In this document: piece after piece, positions 47,090 through 59,105 of the stretch
How positions within the stretch are numbered: position 1 is the stretch's first letter
Layout: each line of letters opens with the position of its first letter
Source: Escherichia phage SDYTW1-F1-2-2_3
Length of the DNA stretch: 64,000 nucleotides
Direction: 5' to 3' (one strand)
Sequence record: OR296290.1
Notes under the pieces: generated by a model
The model's database searches: none
What the model was told of the DNA's origin: nothing
Seen by the model: the letters and a program-made list of their open reading frames with translations, nothing else
Made by a program: the position numbers and the translations under genes

Positions 47090-50000
47090 ATGGCTAACAT
47101 TAAACCGTGGGAAGAAGCTTCCAAAGCTCCTGCGTATCTGAATGCCTCTCCGGAGCGTCAAGCTCAAATGAGAGAACAATATAAGGCAGCAGGTGGCTCT
47201 ATTCCTGAGGAACGACCAGTGGCACAACCACAACAAGAAGAACGTGGTGTTATTGGTGAGTTTGCTCAAGGTGTGTCAAATGCTCTTCAATCTGGTGGTG
47301 CAAACATCGCAGCTAGTACTGCTAGAGGTGTTGGTGGTTTGGTTGAGCTTGGTGAAAACCTAGCTGGAGCACAAACTAGTTATGGTAAGCGTATCCAAGA
47401 GAATGCTCAAAACCTCTTGAAAGAACGTATGGATAAGATTGAGGATGGGATTGGTAAAACTGCCGGTCAGTACGCTGGAGTGGCTGCCGATATCGGTTTG
47501 ACAGTTGCTAGCCCATTAACTGCCGCTGCTGTCATCGCAGGTCGTGAGACAGGTCGTGCATATGCAGACCAAACCCCTGAAGAGGGAGAAGATAAGTCTG
47601 TTCTGGATGCAGCTCTAGTCGGTGGTGCTAACTATGCAGCTATGAGAATCCTTCCGGGTGCTGTTGGTACAGCTGAGTCCACACTTGGACGTATTGGTCA
47701 GAACGTTGCTTCTAACGCAGTGGCTGGTGCTAAAGGTGGTGCTCTTATTGGTGCTGCTGAAGCTCAGAACAAATATGGTGATGACAATGATCTAGCTAAG
47801 ACACTAGAAGGTGTTATCACAGAAGGGGCTATGGGTGCTGCATTTGGTGGTGCAGTTGGTGGGGTTCATGGTTTGATTAGTCGTCCGGATTCTGCTGTCT
47901 TTAGGAACACTCCAGAGTATGCGAAGACTGATATTGCTGCTGATGATGAGTTGATTCGTAGTGCTAAGAATATTGATGAACTGAAAGAAGCCTACTCTAA
48001 AGCTGAAACTGCTAATGCTGCTTCTGCCCTTAATCTTCTGGATGAGAATGGATTCCGTATCACAGATGCTGTTGCTGTAGATTCTCCTGCTGCTCAGCGT
48101 ATTCTTAATACAGACCAAGCTCGTGCTGAGAAAGCTGCTTCTGCTCAGAAAGACCACTCTAACATCCCGGGCCTTAATCCTTTGGCTGCCCCTGCTAAGA
48201 CTCGTGGTAAAGCTTTCGCTGATAATGAGCACAACCAGAAACAGGCTGTTGCTATGAAAGATGCAATGGCTGATTACACCAAGGATAACACTAAAACTCT
48301 TACAGATGTTCTAGATAATCTAGATCGTGAATTAACCTCTCTCCGAGCTTCTGGTGACTTTACTGGCAGCCCGATTGATATTAAGAATCGCACACAAGCT
48401 GACCGTGATTTCATTGATGCTTACAAGACTTTCTATAATGAAGCAAACCGATTCAAAGCTCGTGATGGTGAAGACTTTAACAACTTTGTAGAGAAAGCTA
48501 CTGAGCTACAGAAGATGGCTGATAACGTTTCTCCAGAGATGAAGAAAGCTATTGGTGGGTTGAAAAAACTGAAGGGTATGCCTGAAGGTTTTAATCCTAT
48601 CCAAGACGCTTACACTCTGAACAACACAGCTAAGTTTATGAGCAACCAAGATCGTGGTTGGACTTCCCTAACTGACGACGGCTTCCGTGAGGCTTCTTCT
48701 CCTAGTCTGGTTATGAACACCCTTGGTGCTGCTAAGTATGCTCTGAATCGCTTCTCTTCTCAGCGTGCTCGCTCTCAACGTGTTAAACAACAAGAATCTA
48801 ACAGTGAAGCTATCCGCTCTCTGGCTCGTGGTGATTTGGAAGTTGCTCGTGCTAAATCTACTGCTGATGAAGCTCGTGCTAAAATGGAAGAAGAACCAGT
48901 TGTTGATGACATTAATTTTAAGACGCAAAATGACGTAGAAACCGAACCGGTTCGGGAGCCTTCTTCTAGTACTGTGACGGAAGAAAATCTTCCTTCTTCT
49001 GCTCTTCAAGATTCCCCTCTTACAGCTCGTGATTTAGTTGCGCAAAGACGTGCTATCCGTCAGGCTGAACAGCGTCGTGCTGAAGAAGAGGCGGCGGCAG
49101 CTCGAGAAGCTCCGGTTGAACAGGCTCCACAGGCTGAACCTCTCCCTGCTCGTAATCCTTTAGAGGAGCGTCGTGCAATAGAGCAGCAACGTGCTCAAGA
49201 AGAGGGCCAAAAGGCTTCATCAGAGGATGCATCTTCTGTTACTAAAGAATCCCTCTCTCACTATGCTGAAGATGGGATACTTTCTCAAGACTTAAATGGC
49301 AACATTGCTCTTCGCCTAAACCAGTTCACCCCAGCTGAGCAACAGTTTTTGCGTAACCATAATTTGGTTGACTCAAACGATATGGTCAAAGCTAGTTCTC
49401 TAAGACAAGCTGATCCATTACCTGCTCGTGCTCCTAAAGCTCCTAAGGAAGCTGTACAGGACGTTAAACCGGCAAGTGGTGTAGAACGCTTAGCTGCTAT
49501 GTCTAGTGCTGCTCGTCAGGCTACTAAAGATCGTGCAGAACGTTTTGCTCGTTCTCTGTATTCTAAGGCTGCTAAGGCTAAAGCTACTGCTGAAAACTTC
49601 TTGGCTTACAAGGGTGATCCTAAGGAATTGATGCGTCGTATTCGTCAGGAAGATAATGCTATCAACACTGAACGTCATGAAGAGATGGCTCGTAATCAGC
49701 TAGCTTCTCAGCAAGGTATTGCTACTGCTAAGAACAACACTGTACGAACTAACTTTGCTGAATGGGTTAAGGAACGTGGTCTGCCAGAAGACATTGCTAC
49801 TAAGGCATTACGTGCTGAAGAGAAAGGTTTAGGTGGGAACGTAACTAACTTGGATAGTCTTAAACGTCGTGCTGAAAGGTTGTATCAGAAGCAGCGTGAG
49901 GATGAGTTTGATAGACTGTATCAACAAGCTCTAGAAGAGAATAAAGCTTTCGACAAGAAAGATGCTCCTAAACTGGTTGACCAGAAGAAAGAGCTTCAAT

Positions 50001-51670
50001 CTGAGATTGATACTTTGGTTGATTCAGAACCTTTACGTCCTGCTCAGAAAGATGCTATGCGTAAGCTGATGAATGATTATGTAGATGGGAAGTTTAAATC
50101 TTCAGAGAAAGCTGGTAGGGAAGAGGCTTTGGAAGTTGGTCAGATGAAGGATGTTTGGGATGGGTTTATTAACACCTATAACAGAGAAGTGAATGCCTTC
50201 AACAAAGCTAACAAGAACTCTCAATATGAAGCTGCTGCTAAACACTTGCAGGCTCGTGAAGAACGTCTTGCTACTCTGAAAAATAAGGCACAGGCTCGTT
50301 CAGATGCTAAAGCTGCTGTTGAGAATGAACGTAAGACTCTAGAGGCTATTGCAGCTCAGAAGAGTGAGATTGAGAAGATGATGGAAGGTTTACCTAAGCC
50401 TGTTCGTGAAGCTCAGGAATCTCGTACATTGAAACAGTTGGCTGCTCACCATGATAAGAACTCTCCAGTTCCTCCAGAGAAGTTCCGTAGTTACATTGAA
50501 CGTATCCATAACGCCGAGTCAGATTACCTTGACCGTCAGCGTCGTTTAACTGATGCAGAGGAAGATGCTCGTCAGGATAAGTGGAACAAGATGTATGAGC
50601 AAGCGGAAGAGATGGACCGTAAGTTTGATATAGACAAAAGAGTTAAGCGCAGTGAAGAGCTTAAAGCTGCTCAGAAGCGTGAGAATGACCTTATGGCAGT
50701 ACAACGTCAACGTGATGACATTCATCGCCGCCTGATGCATACTATGGAAGATAAGGGCATATCTAGAGAGGATGCTGAAGCATTTGCTGGTTCCTACATG
50801 GATAACCGTTATGCACTTCTTGAGAAGCCTATGACTCCTACTGAACATCAGAATGCTCGTTCTCGTATCGAGGCTGATGTTGAGAAGTTTGCTAAGAAGT
50901 ACGAATCAATGACCCCTATCGAGAAAGAGATTGTTAAGATTACTGGAGATACTGAAGGTAAGCTTGATAACTTGGATGCGGATACTAGGAAGGCTGTTGA
51001 GGAGGCTCAGAAGGTTGACTCTGATATTAAGAAACTGCAAGAGGAAGAGTTGGAGATGGAGAAGATTCGTTCTGCTCTGCCTGACGATGAAAAATCTCAA
51101 GCAAATTCTGATATCTTGGAAAGTATTAAGCAGCAGGAAGAAGTCTTTGCTGATAAAGTAGAGAAAGCTTTCTTGAGTGGGAAGAGCTTGGATGAGTTAG
51201 CTAGTGTGGCTGAAGTTTTAGACAGGGTTCATGGTGCAGACAAGGCTGGTAACAACCGTCGCTTTGTACGTGCATTGCAGACTGCTGCTGAAAACAAGAA
51301 GAAGTATGGTGATAATCCGGTAGCTTGGTTTAGTGCTGATGATTATTCTGCTATTGCTAAACTTGGTGCTTCTTCCGCAGGTGGTAACAAATCTAGAGCA
51401 CTGGAGAAGATCTTTGGTTCTACAGCTGAACAAGCTAAGAGTAAGTTGCTTGGCAGGGATGATGTAGCTAAGATGAGACGTGTGATTGAAGAGAACCCTG
51501 ATGTTAAGATTCCTTCTTACAAGACAACGAATCGTACTGAGTACTTGCAGTTCTTGGAGAAGTTTAATGACGAAGGGAAGCCGAAGATTAAACGTGGCTC
51601 ATTGTCAGAGAAGCTTGAACGCAGTAAGCGTCAATCGAGACTCCGTGTAAGAGTTCGACCTAAGGAGTGA
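47090..51670 (+). CDS. giant internal virion (ejection/core) protein
   Basis: Track ORF trimmed to ATG 47090 with AAAGGAGA SD; ~1526 aa; Gly/Ala-rich N-part then very long charged coiled-coil-like region. Confidence 0.55.
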   Translation: MANIKPWEEASKAPAYLNASPERQAQMREQYKAAGGSIPEERPVAQPQQEERGVIGEFAQGVSNALQSGGANIAASTARGVGGLVELGENLAGAQTSYGKRIQENAQNLLKERMDKIEDGIGKTAGQYAGVAADIGLTVASPLTAAAVIAGRETGRAYADQTPEEGEDKSVLDAALVGGANYAAMRILPGAVGTAESTLGRIGQNVASNAVAGAKGGALIGAAEAQNKYGDDNDLAKTLEGVITEGAMGAAFGGAVGGVHGLISRPDSAVFRNTPEYAKTDIAADDELIRSAKNIDELKEAYSKAETANAASALNLLDENGFRITDAVAVDSPAAQRILNTDQARAEKAASAQKDHSNIPGLNPLAAPAKTRGKAFADNEHNQKQAVAMKDAMADYTKDNTKTLTDVLDNLDRELTSLRASGDFTGSPIDIKNRTQADRDFIDAYKTFYNEANRFKARDGEDFNNFVEKATELQKMADNVSPEMKKAIGGLKKLKGMPEGFNPIQDAYTLNNTAKFMSNQDRGWTSLTDDGFREASSPSLVMNTLGAAKYALNRFSSQRARSQRVKQQESNSEAIRSLARGDLEVARAKSTADEARAKMEEEPVVDDINFKTQNDVETEPVREPSSSTVTEENLPSSALQDSPLTARDLVAQRRAIRQAEQRRAEEEAAAAREAPVEQAPQAEPLPARNPLEERRAIEQQRAQEEGQKASSEDASSVTKESLSHYAEDGILSQDLNGNIALRLNQFTPAEQQFLRNHNLVDSNDMVKASSLRQADPLPARAPKAPKEAVQDVKPASGVERLAAMSSAARQATKDRAERFARSLYSKAAKAKATAENFLAYKGDPKELMRRIRQEDNAINTERHEEMARNQLASQQGIATAKNNTVRTNFAEWVKERGLPEDIATKALRAEEKGLGGNVTNLDSLKRRAERLYQKQREDEFDRLYQQALEENKAFDKKDAPKLVDQKKELQSEIDTLVDSEPLRPAQKDAMRKLMNDYVDGKFKSSEKAGREEALEVGQMKDVWDGFINTYNREVNAFNKANKNSQYEAAAKHLQAREERLATLKNKAQARSDAKAAVENERKTLEAIAAQKSEIEKMMEGLPKPVREAQESRTLKQLAAHHDKNSPVPPEKFRSYIERIHNAESDYLDRQRRLTDAEEDARQDKWNKMYEQAEEMDRKFDIDKRVKRSEELKAAQKRENDLMAVQRQRDDIHRRLMHTMEDKGISREDAEAFAGSYMDNRYALLEKPMTPTEHQNARSRIEADVEKFAKKYESMTPIEKEIVKITGDTEGKLDNLDADTRKAVEEAQKVDSDIKKLQEEELEMEKIRSALPDDEKSQANSDILESIKQQEEVFADKVEKAFLSGKSLDELASVAEVLDRVHGADKAGNNRRFVRALQTAAENKKKYGDNPVAWFSADDYSAIAKLGASSAGGNKSRALEKIFGSTAEQAKSKLLGRDDVAKMRRVIEENPDVKIPSYKTTNRTEYLQFLEKFNDEGKPKIKRGSLSEKLERSKRQSRLRVRVRPKE

Positions 51671-51679
51671 TAAAAGAAA

Positions 51680-51717
51680 AGCCCTCAAGGAGAAATCCAA
51701 GAGGGCTTTATTTGTTT
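51680..51717. terminator. bidirectional terminator at convergence of late and replication blocks
   Basis: AGCCCTC...GAGGGCT stem with inner GGA-GAAA-TCC tetraloop hairpin; A-run 5' and T-run 3'. Confidence 0.6.
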
Positions 51718-51956
51718 CTAGATTTTCTTGTAAGTGATAGTTCCTTCTTTAACAGCTTTATCATAAGCCGCTTTGAACTTTTTCATCATATTAATTTTGC
51801 TCTGTTTTATCTTTTCAAAATCCATCAAATTCATCCTCATACATCCCAATTCTCTTCAGAAATCTGGATGTTCATCTTCAAAGCATCCTGAGATGCCTCC
51901 GTAGAACCAATCTGATTTACTGCCAAGAATAACAACCTCTTCATTCATATACCCTC

Positions 51957-52118
51957 CTAGATTGTGTTTATAAAATCAGCAAGTTTCTCTTCACTCTCAT
52001 CAAAAGCTTTTCCAGCTGCTTCCATCTCCCAAGTCTCGGCATTGTCAATAAAGCTCTGAGCTTCTAGTAGATCGTGGATTAAGTCGAAGAGTTTATTTTT
52101 ATCTGCTTGTGTGATCAT
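51957..52118 (-). CDS. small acidic protein (53 aa)
   Basis: AGGAA SD; open 53 codons verified; begins right after stop of 52127-52384. Confidence 0.3.
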   Translation of the reverse strand: MITQADKNKLFDLIHDLLEAQSFIDNAETWEMEAAGKAFDESEEKLADFINTI

Positions 52119-52126
52119 GTCAGTTC

Positions 52127-52384
52127 CTAGATTAAATCGTAATACTGAATAATGTCAGAGAGTTTGAACTCTCGAATCTCATCTTTCTCTACATCTATCG
52201 CTGTCATAATCCAACAAGGTTTGCCACCGTTATGAAAACGGGAGCTAGCAACGGAGGTTCGGAGTGGAATAACGGACCGGTCAGCAACCTCGCCTCTCCA
52301 ATTGCGATAGCGAAAGCGAAGAACTTGTTGCGTAGATTTTTGATCATCACTCGTTTCCTTTTTTGAATTGTTTTCTTGCATCAT
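52127..52384 (-). CDS. hypothetical protein
   Basis: 85-aa track ORF. Confidence 0.45.
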   Translation of the reverse strand: MMQENNSKKETSDDQKSTQQVLRFRYRNWRGEVADRSVIPLRTSVASSRFHNGGKPCWIMTAIDVEKDEIREFKLSDIIQYYDLI

Positions 52385-52748
52385 TTTCCATCTTAGTTTT
52401 TAGTTTATGACAAGGGTCTTTACACAGAACCTGAAAACCTTCTTTCTCGCACAGAGCACGAGAGATGATTTCATCCCAAGTTGCTTCGTGGTCAAGAGGA
52501 ACTATAGGCTCTATGTGGTCAATAGCCATATCCTTTACAGGGTGGTCAGAACCACACATGGCACACTTAAAGTGCATTGCCAGTCTTCCTGTCTTTGGAT
52601 TAATTTTCTGCTCTGTCTTGGCGTCTGCTAGTGCATCGAACATAGGCTTCCACTTTCTAGTCAGAGAACGAATCCCTGACTTGATGAAAGAATTGTAACG
52701 AGCTTCAGTCCACATTCCAGAGCATCTGGTCTTCTCAGCCTTCGCCAT
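52347..52748 (-). CDS. HNH endonuclease
   Basis: 133 aa; CAMCG...HIDHIEP...CHKLK Cys/His arrangement typical of HNH nucleases. Confidence 0.5.
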   Translation of the reverse strand: MAKAEKTRCSGMWTEARYNSFIKSGIRSLTRKWKPMFDALADAKTEQKINPKTGRLAMHFKCAMCGSDHPVKDMAIDHIEPIVPLDHEATWDEIISRALCEKEGFQVLCKDPCHKLKTKMENDARKQFKKGNE

Positions 52749-52926
52749 AACCTACACTCATATCATCTTCTTCCCATACACGTTTATCCACTCGATGTGA
52801 TACTTTTTCACGCTTTTCTTTAATATAGCGATTGCCTAATTCATGACTATATTTAATACGCTGCTCTTTTCGAGATTCGCGATTGGAGGAGTTTTCATCA
52901 TATGAACGATAGTCAAATTTACCCAT
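52735..52926 (-). CDS. hypothetical small basic protein
   Basis: Track ORF trimmed to internal ATG downstream of exonuclease stop. Confidence 0.35.
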   Translation of the reverse strand: MGKFDYRSYDENSSNRESRKEQRIKYSHELGNRYIKEKREKVSHRVDKRVWEEDDMSVGYGEG

Positions 52927-52936
52927 TATAATATCC

Positions 52937-53744
52937 TTATTCCCAAGTTTTTTCGAGCCACGACCAATCAAATAGGTCTTCCGGAGTCTGACCAACAAAG
53001 AGCAGCTGAGCATTCTCAAGCATCTTCTCTTCATCTTCAGTATCGAACTTCTTATAATATTCCATTCGTACTATATGATACATGGTCCACTTGTCTGTAA
53101 CACCAGCCAATAACTTAGCTGCTGCTTTCTTCCCTATTCCTTGACGTCGAAGCTGAAGCTTACCGCCCCACATAACTTCTTTACGTTCTCCACATCCGGG
53201 GATATTATCTGTACCATCTCCAACCAACATCTGATAGAAGAAGTTTTGCCATGAAACTAAATCAGATACATAGTGAGGAGGAACCTCTTTCTGTCTTTCT
53301 CCACAAGCCCAACGGTAGTGCCATCCGGGAGTTATCAACAAATCTTTGTCTCTAGTACAAATGATAGTGTTCTTGTCCCTACGCTGCCTTTCAGCTAGTG
53401 CATCATCAGCCTCTCTCCCAAATACATCTATGTATTCATATTTACCTTTAATATAATCACCAACATTTTGCCAGTGAAAAGGTCTCTCTCCGGGAGGTCT
53501 ATTTGCTTTGTAGTCTTGCTGCTTAGCAACATCAAAGCGGAAGTTACCACCTTCGCTGAAGTAGAACACAACCTTACTACAACCAGAGCGAGCTATGATT
53601 GTATCAATCTTATACTGAAGTCGTTCAATCATGAAATTGTAATCAACTGGAACACGTCCTGTGTCAAGAAAGGGATGCTCCTGAGTAAGAGCACCCACTT
53701 CATATCGAAGAACGTCAGCATCCACTATAGCCACTTCAGGGAGC

Positions 53745-53767
<23 letters not shown>
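52937..53767 (-). CDS. 5'-3' exonuclease / flap endonuclease
   Basis: 276 aa; FGREADDALA matches the G-x-EADD motif of the 5'-nuclease family. Confidence 0.6.
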
Positions 53768-55281
<1,514 letters not shown>

Positions 55282-55583
55282 AATGCATCTCTTTATAAAT
55301 AGTTTCCGTGTTCTTCTTCCAGTTAGATAAACTGGTAAGAACTCTCTGAGCAACTTCATCAGCTGCCTTACTTCTTTCAATCTCTAACTCTTGTTGATGC
55401 TTTTCTTTATCCAGATTGTTACTATCTGTTCTGTACTCATTAAACTTCATACCACCAAAGAACACAAGAGCTGAGAAAACGATAAACCCTAAGTTATCAC
55501 TTAACGTGTTTTGCATAATGACTCTCCTATTAAAGTATGTAAGAAGAGTTCATTATATAACCTACTTTGTGACTGTCTCCAAT

Positions 55584-55605
55584 GAAAAAAGCCACCCGAA
55601 GGTGG
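55584..55605 (-). terminator. rho-independent terminator after SSB-like gene (minus strand)
   Basis: On minus strand GCCACC-UUCG-GGUGGC then UUUUUU. Confidence 0.65.
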
Positions 55606-55628
55606 CTAAGCTATAACAAGGAGAGTTA

Positions 55629-56375
55629 TTAGAATGGGCTATCGTTGTCGTCTTCGTAAGTAGAAGCAGGCTCTTTATCAATCGTAGGGATTGAAGGAGT
55701 AGCTTCTTTCTGTTCTGTTTCAGAAGCACGAGTAATTTCACGACCAGCCAGAGGCATGTTCTTAGCGTCATTAGCTTGGGTAAGCAGATTGCGCTGGAAC
55801 GGGAACATCAGTTGATAGGATGCTACGTTCTCGTCGGTTTCCGCATACGGTTCGAAGAATACCAGAGGACTACGAGCTTCACCAACTGCTGCACGATATT
55901 TGGTTGGGATTGGAGAAATTGTCTTGATGGAGTTTTTAACTTCACCAGCTTTGTTAGTGTAAGAGTTAACCAGAATGTTAACAGGCTGACCTAACAGTAC
56001 ACCCTTAAACCAAGACAGATCACCTTTCAGTGCTTGAATGCTTGGGTCAATCATCTTGCAGAGATCAAGAATACCAGAGTTCTTAGCTCGTGGGTTTACA
56101 TCATAGCTCTTGAACTGGCAAGCCGGACGTGGTTCTAATGCCTTACCATCGGAATCTTTACCAGTAGCATCAACACCAATCAGCTCAAAAGCCAAATCCA
56201 TACGGAAAGCTGGATTCTTAGGAGTTACTGCTTTGGTCTTCGGGTCAACCCAAGGGTCACGATTGTGAACACCCAAACCTACTACACGAACAATACGTGC
56301 TTCATACTCACCATCAGGGATTACGTCGTAGTTGGATTTACGGGAAGAAGTTGCGATAGTTGGAATCATGCTCAT
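55629..56375 (-). CDS. single-stranded DNA-binding protein (putative)
   Basis: 248 aa; acidic C-terminal tail ...YEDDNDSPF resembles the SSB acidic tip ending in Phe. Confidence 0.45.
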   Translation of the reverse strand: MSMIPTIATSSRKSNYDVIPDGEYEARIVRVVGLGVHNRDPWVDPKTKAVTPKNPAFRMDLAFELIGVDATGKDSDGKALEPRPACQFKSYDVNPRAKNSGILDLCKMIDPSIQALKGDLSWFKGVLLGQPVNILVNSYTNKAGEVKNSIKTISPIPTKYRAAVGEARSPLVFFEPYAETDENVASYQLMFPFQRNLLTQANDAKNMPLAGREITRASETEQKEATPSIPTIDKEPASTYEDDNDSPF

Positions 56376-56433
56376 TATTAATTTCCTTATTTAATTTGAA
56401 AGATTGTTGCTCTCTTTGAGCGGTTATGTATAG

Positions 56434-56442
56434 TATACATTA
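56434..56442 (-). promoter_or_regulatory. TAATGTATA promoter-like motif (minus strand) upstream of SSB-like gene
   Basis: Plus strand TATACATTA = minus-strand TAATGTATA about 58 nt upstream of ATG 56375. Confidence 0.35.
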
Positions 56443-56625
56443 CAGATGTATTGTAGGAACTACCGAAGGGTGGTAGGTTTTGTCCAAACAAAAGTCTCTT
56501 TAGAGTTGTTTGTTGGGGATTGTCTCTTATAAACCCGAGACTGCCTAGCAGTTACATAAGCTCTAGCTTTTTCTGTAGCTGCATACTTATGATTAAATTT
56601 CATGGTAGTATATCTCTAAGGGCTA

Positions 56626-56634
56626 TAATGTATA
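56626..56634 (+). promoter_or_regulatory. orphan TAATGTATA promoter-like motif facing a gene-free plus-strand region
   Basis: Exact TAATGTATATA on plus strand; no plus-strand ORF in the next ~300 nt. Confidence 0.3.
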
Positions 56635-56936
56635 TAAGTTATAGCTGATAAAGTTATTGCACGGGACTGACGACGATAAGGCGCAGACGACAATCTCTCA
56701 TAAGTTTGTAAGAAATTGAGAGACTACCGGAAGGGCAGGAGCCACCTGCGAGATAAAAATAGAGAATTAAGGAATCCTTGATTTAGGTTGTAGGGACTCC
56801 TAGGGACTTTGATTCTCTATTTAAAAGAATATTAATTACTTACTACCTAAATAATTAACTAACTTACTTAAACCAAATTCAAGAATAATAGATAAAAAGA
56901 TTATTCCTAAGAAAGCTAAGAAGTAAAGGATATAAG

Positions 56937-57101
56937 TTACCATTCAAGTAAACTTTTAAAGTTAGTTTGTTCTACTATTCGCTGATAAAGAAGATTAGAA
57001 TCAGCTTGTTTCTTTAACATCTCATTATATTTATCTCTGATAGAGTCTTTATAAACTACAGGTTCTTTAAATAACGAGATCTTGTTCTTTTCTTCTTTCA
57101 T
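56937..57101 (-). CDS. hypothetical small protein
   Basis: Track ORF trimmed to ATG 57099-57101 with AGGAAGG SD. Confidence 0.3.
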   Translation of the reverse strand: MKEEKNKISLFKEPVVYKDSIRDKYNEMLKKQADSNLLYQRIVEQTNFKSLLEW

Positions 57102-57570
57102 CGAAAACCTTCCTAATCTCTTGCAGAGAAACAGCTTTATAATCAATTTGCTCCATTGATGTACAGAAGTATCTCCAATCATCAATCACATGGTTATGAG
57201 TATGAGCATAAATATTAAACTTCCCTCTCATTTCATCAGTGTGAATAGGAATATGAGTTACCCAAAACTCTTTATATTTAAAATCACCAGAGATTCTACG
57301 AAAGATTTTCATCATATCAGGGAGAAGTTCTAACCTATCATGATTCCCCAAGACCAGATGCTTCTCTCCTTTTACTTCAGCGATAATATCAAGGGCATAC
57401 TTTTCAAATACCCAATCACCGGTAAAGAAGACTTTATCACGTTTGGTTACATGATCAAAAGCAGCCAGAATTGCTTTGTCATGTTCTTCGATGTTTTTAA
57501 ATTGCTTACGAAAACTACAGATGTTGCGATGGCCTAAGTGACCATCTCCTGCAAAATAAACTTCAGCCAT
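57067..57570 (-). CDS. metallophosphoesterase (calcineurin-like)
   Basis: 167 aa; AGDGHLGH, FTGDWV and LVLGNHD motifs. Confidence 0.6.
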   Translation of the reverse strand: MAEVYFAGDGHLGHRNICSFRKQFKNIEEHDKAILAAFDHVTKRDKVFFTGDWVFEKYALDIIAEVKGEKHLVLGNHDRLELLPDMMKIFRRISGDFKYKEFWVTHIPIHTDEMRGKFNIYAHTHNHVIDDWRYFCTSMEQIDYKAVSLQEIRKVFDERRKEQDLVI

Positions 57571-57579
57571 AAAGACCTC

Positions 57580-57795
57580 TTAAATCAGACATCCATCACA
57601 GGTTAAGTCACCTAGAAGGGACAGGGAAAGTAGTCTGGATTGTTCGTCACTGTATAATTGATCAATCTCTTCTTTAAGCTTTGCCAATTCCATAAAGTTA
57701 ATAAGCTGTCCATGTTCTAGACAGTCAGTTTTTAGTATGAACAAAACTTCAGCGTCGGTTGAGTCTTCACTTGAATATTTATCAATGTATTCCAT
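57580..57795 (-). CDS. hypothetical acidic protein
   Basis: 71-aa track ORF. Confidence 0.4.
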   Translation of the reverse strand: MEYIDKYSSEDSTDAEVLFILKTDCLEHGQLINFMELAKLKEEIDQLYSDEQSRLLSLSLLGDLTCDGCLI

Positions 57796-57810
57796 TTTTA
57801 CCCCTATTAA

Positions 57811-57954
57811 TTATGACCAAGATTTAGCTTTTACTTCAACATATGTTTTAACTTCACCTTTCAAGACTTCCTGAGAAGCAATTACACTTTCCTCAGAGTG
57901 GTGTACAACGGTGATCTCTTTCTTTCCAATTCTGTAAGTGTGAATCCAAATCAT
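57811..57954 (-). CDS. small protein (47 aa)
   Basis: ATG overlaps upstream TGA (ATGA); open frame verified. Confidence 0.3.
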   Translation of the reverse strand: MIWIHTYRIGKKEITVVHHSEESVIASQEVLKGEVKTYVEVKAKSWS

Positions 57955-58118
57955 ACTTCTTCCTTATATTCCCAATTTCTTTCATAATATCCAGAGTTGT
58001 AGTTTAGGGCGCATTTCTCAGCCTCTTCTACGTCATCAGTGTTTAGGATATTAACCCATCCACCAACTTCATCAAAACCCTCTTCCTCTTCGTTAAACCA
58101 TACGCTATATTTTTTCAT
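57951..58118 (-). CDS. small acidic protein (55 aa)
   Basis: ATG overlaps stop of 58115-58513 (ATGA); open frame verified. Confidence 0.3.
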   Translation of the reverse strand: MKKYSVWFNEEEEGFDEVGGWVNILNTDDVEEAEKCALNYNSGYYERNWEYKEEV

Positions 58119-58507
58119 CGAATCACCAGAGGCTCTTCAGAGTACACAGGAGCGGCTATTTCTACAGGAGGTGCTGCCCTAAGGTCATTAAGTCTTACAC
58201 CCTTCAGCATCCCATCTAGGTGGTCTTTCTTAGGGATTCCAACAGGGAAGTCGTCAATCCAGATATCTACAAAGAAACCTAACTGGCGACATACGTCATC
58301 TTTCTGAACACCATTGCAAAAGATGATAGGAATCTGCAAACACTCTGCATCAATCTTAATGTCGTGATTATCATATCCATTAGGCTCTGCAAAGCGGTAA
58401 GTTACAAAACGTACGTCATAACCTTCGGCTTGCATTAATGCCACCACAGAGCGCCACAGCTTCTTATTTGAGGTGTAAGTATCATCGTAATCTAAACCAA
58501 TATTCAT
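58115..58507 (-). CDS. HAD-superfamily phosphatase (putative nucleotidase)
   Basis: Track start is TTG; ATG at 58505-58507 preferred; N-terminal IGLDYDDTYT matches HAD motif I. Confidence 0.5.
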   Translation of the reverse strand: MNIGLDYDDTYTSNKKLWRSVVALMQAEGYDVRFVTYRFAEPNGYDNHDIKIDAECLQIPIIFCNGVQKDDVCRQLGFFVDIWIDDFPVGIPKKDHLDGMLKGVRLNDLRAAPPVEIAAPVYSEEPLVIR

Positions 58508-58524
58508 ATCCAAATCCTTTAGAC

Positions 58525-58547
58525 AAGAAAAGCCGCCCTAAGGCAGC
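58525..58547 (-). terminator. terminator/attenuator hairpin (minus strand)
   Basis: On minus strand GCUGCC-UUAG-GGCGGC then UUUUCUU. Confidence 0.45.
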
Positions 58548-58554
58548 TCTTTAT

Positions 58555-58731
58555 TTAGTCGGTCACTTTAGCTTCAAGTGCTTCATTTTCGATACTCAAG
58601 TCAATCACTACACCAGTAAGCTCAACAACTGCTTGGCGAAGGGCATCTTTACCCATAGAGTGTACTTGAGTTAGGAAGAAAGCTTTACCTTCTTCGGTGG
58701 ACAGGGTTTCTTTTAATTCAGAAGCAGTCAT
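58555..58731 (-). CDS. small protein (58 aa)
   Basis: AAGGAA SD; followed by a terminator hairpin. Confidence 0.3.
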   Translation of the reverse strand: MTASELKETLSTEEGKAFFLTQVHSMGKDALRQAVVELTGVVIDLSIENEALEAKVTD

Positions 58732-58740
58732 TGATATTCC

Positions 58741-58908
58741 TTATGTTATGTTATAAATTCGCATGATTGTACCGCCATTGGCTTCAATAGCAGCAACCAT
58801 TTGGTTTCGTTCTTCATCCGTGTAAACTAACACACTTCTAAACTCACCAGTTGCATCAGTGTAAAGGATGTTATACTTCGGAGGTGGCTTACGGTAGATA
58901 CCTTCCAT
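58741..58908 (-). CDS. small protein
   Basis: Track ORF starts at GTG; ATG at 58908 with GAGGAG SD preferred. Confidence 0.35.
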   Translation of the reverse strand: MEGIYRKPPPKYNILYTDATGEFRSVLVYTDEERNQMVAAIEANGGTIMRIYNIT

Positions 58909-59105
58909 CACTCTTTCTCCTCTCGTTCTTTCCACAGTTCAGCAAGTTCTAAATAAAACTCAGCTTCATCAGGACGTCCTTGTTCATTGCAGATGGCGCT
59001 CTGACGATAACACCAATCCGATGGCATCTCTTCCACTTCAATCTCCTTATTATGAACTAATCAATAAGACTAGTTCATTTGTATTTCAATCTTTCAGTTC
59101 TGGAT

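Noticed and set aside
47804-51433. Several minus-strand ORFs (62-142 aa) inside the giant internal-protein gene
   Set aside because: Antisense artefacts of a long Ala/Glu/Lys-rich coding sequence; Ser/Leu-rich translations and no start signals.
55562-55771. 69-aa minus-strand ORF overlapping the 3' end of the SSB-like gene
   Set aside because: Out-of-frame overlap with a well-supported gene; Leu-rich low-complexity translation; spans a terminator hairpin.
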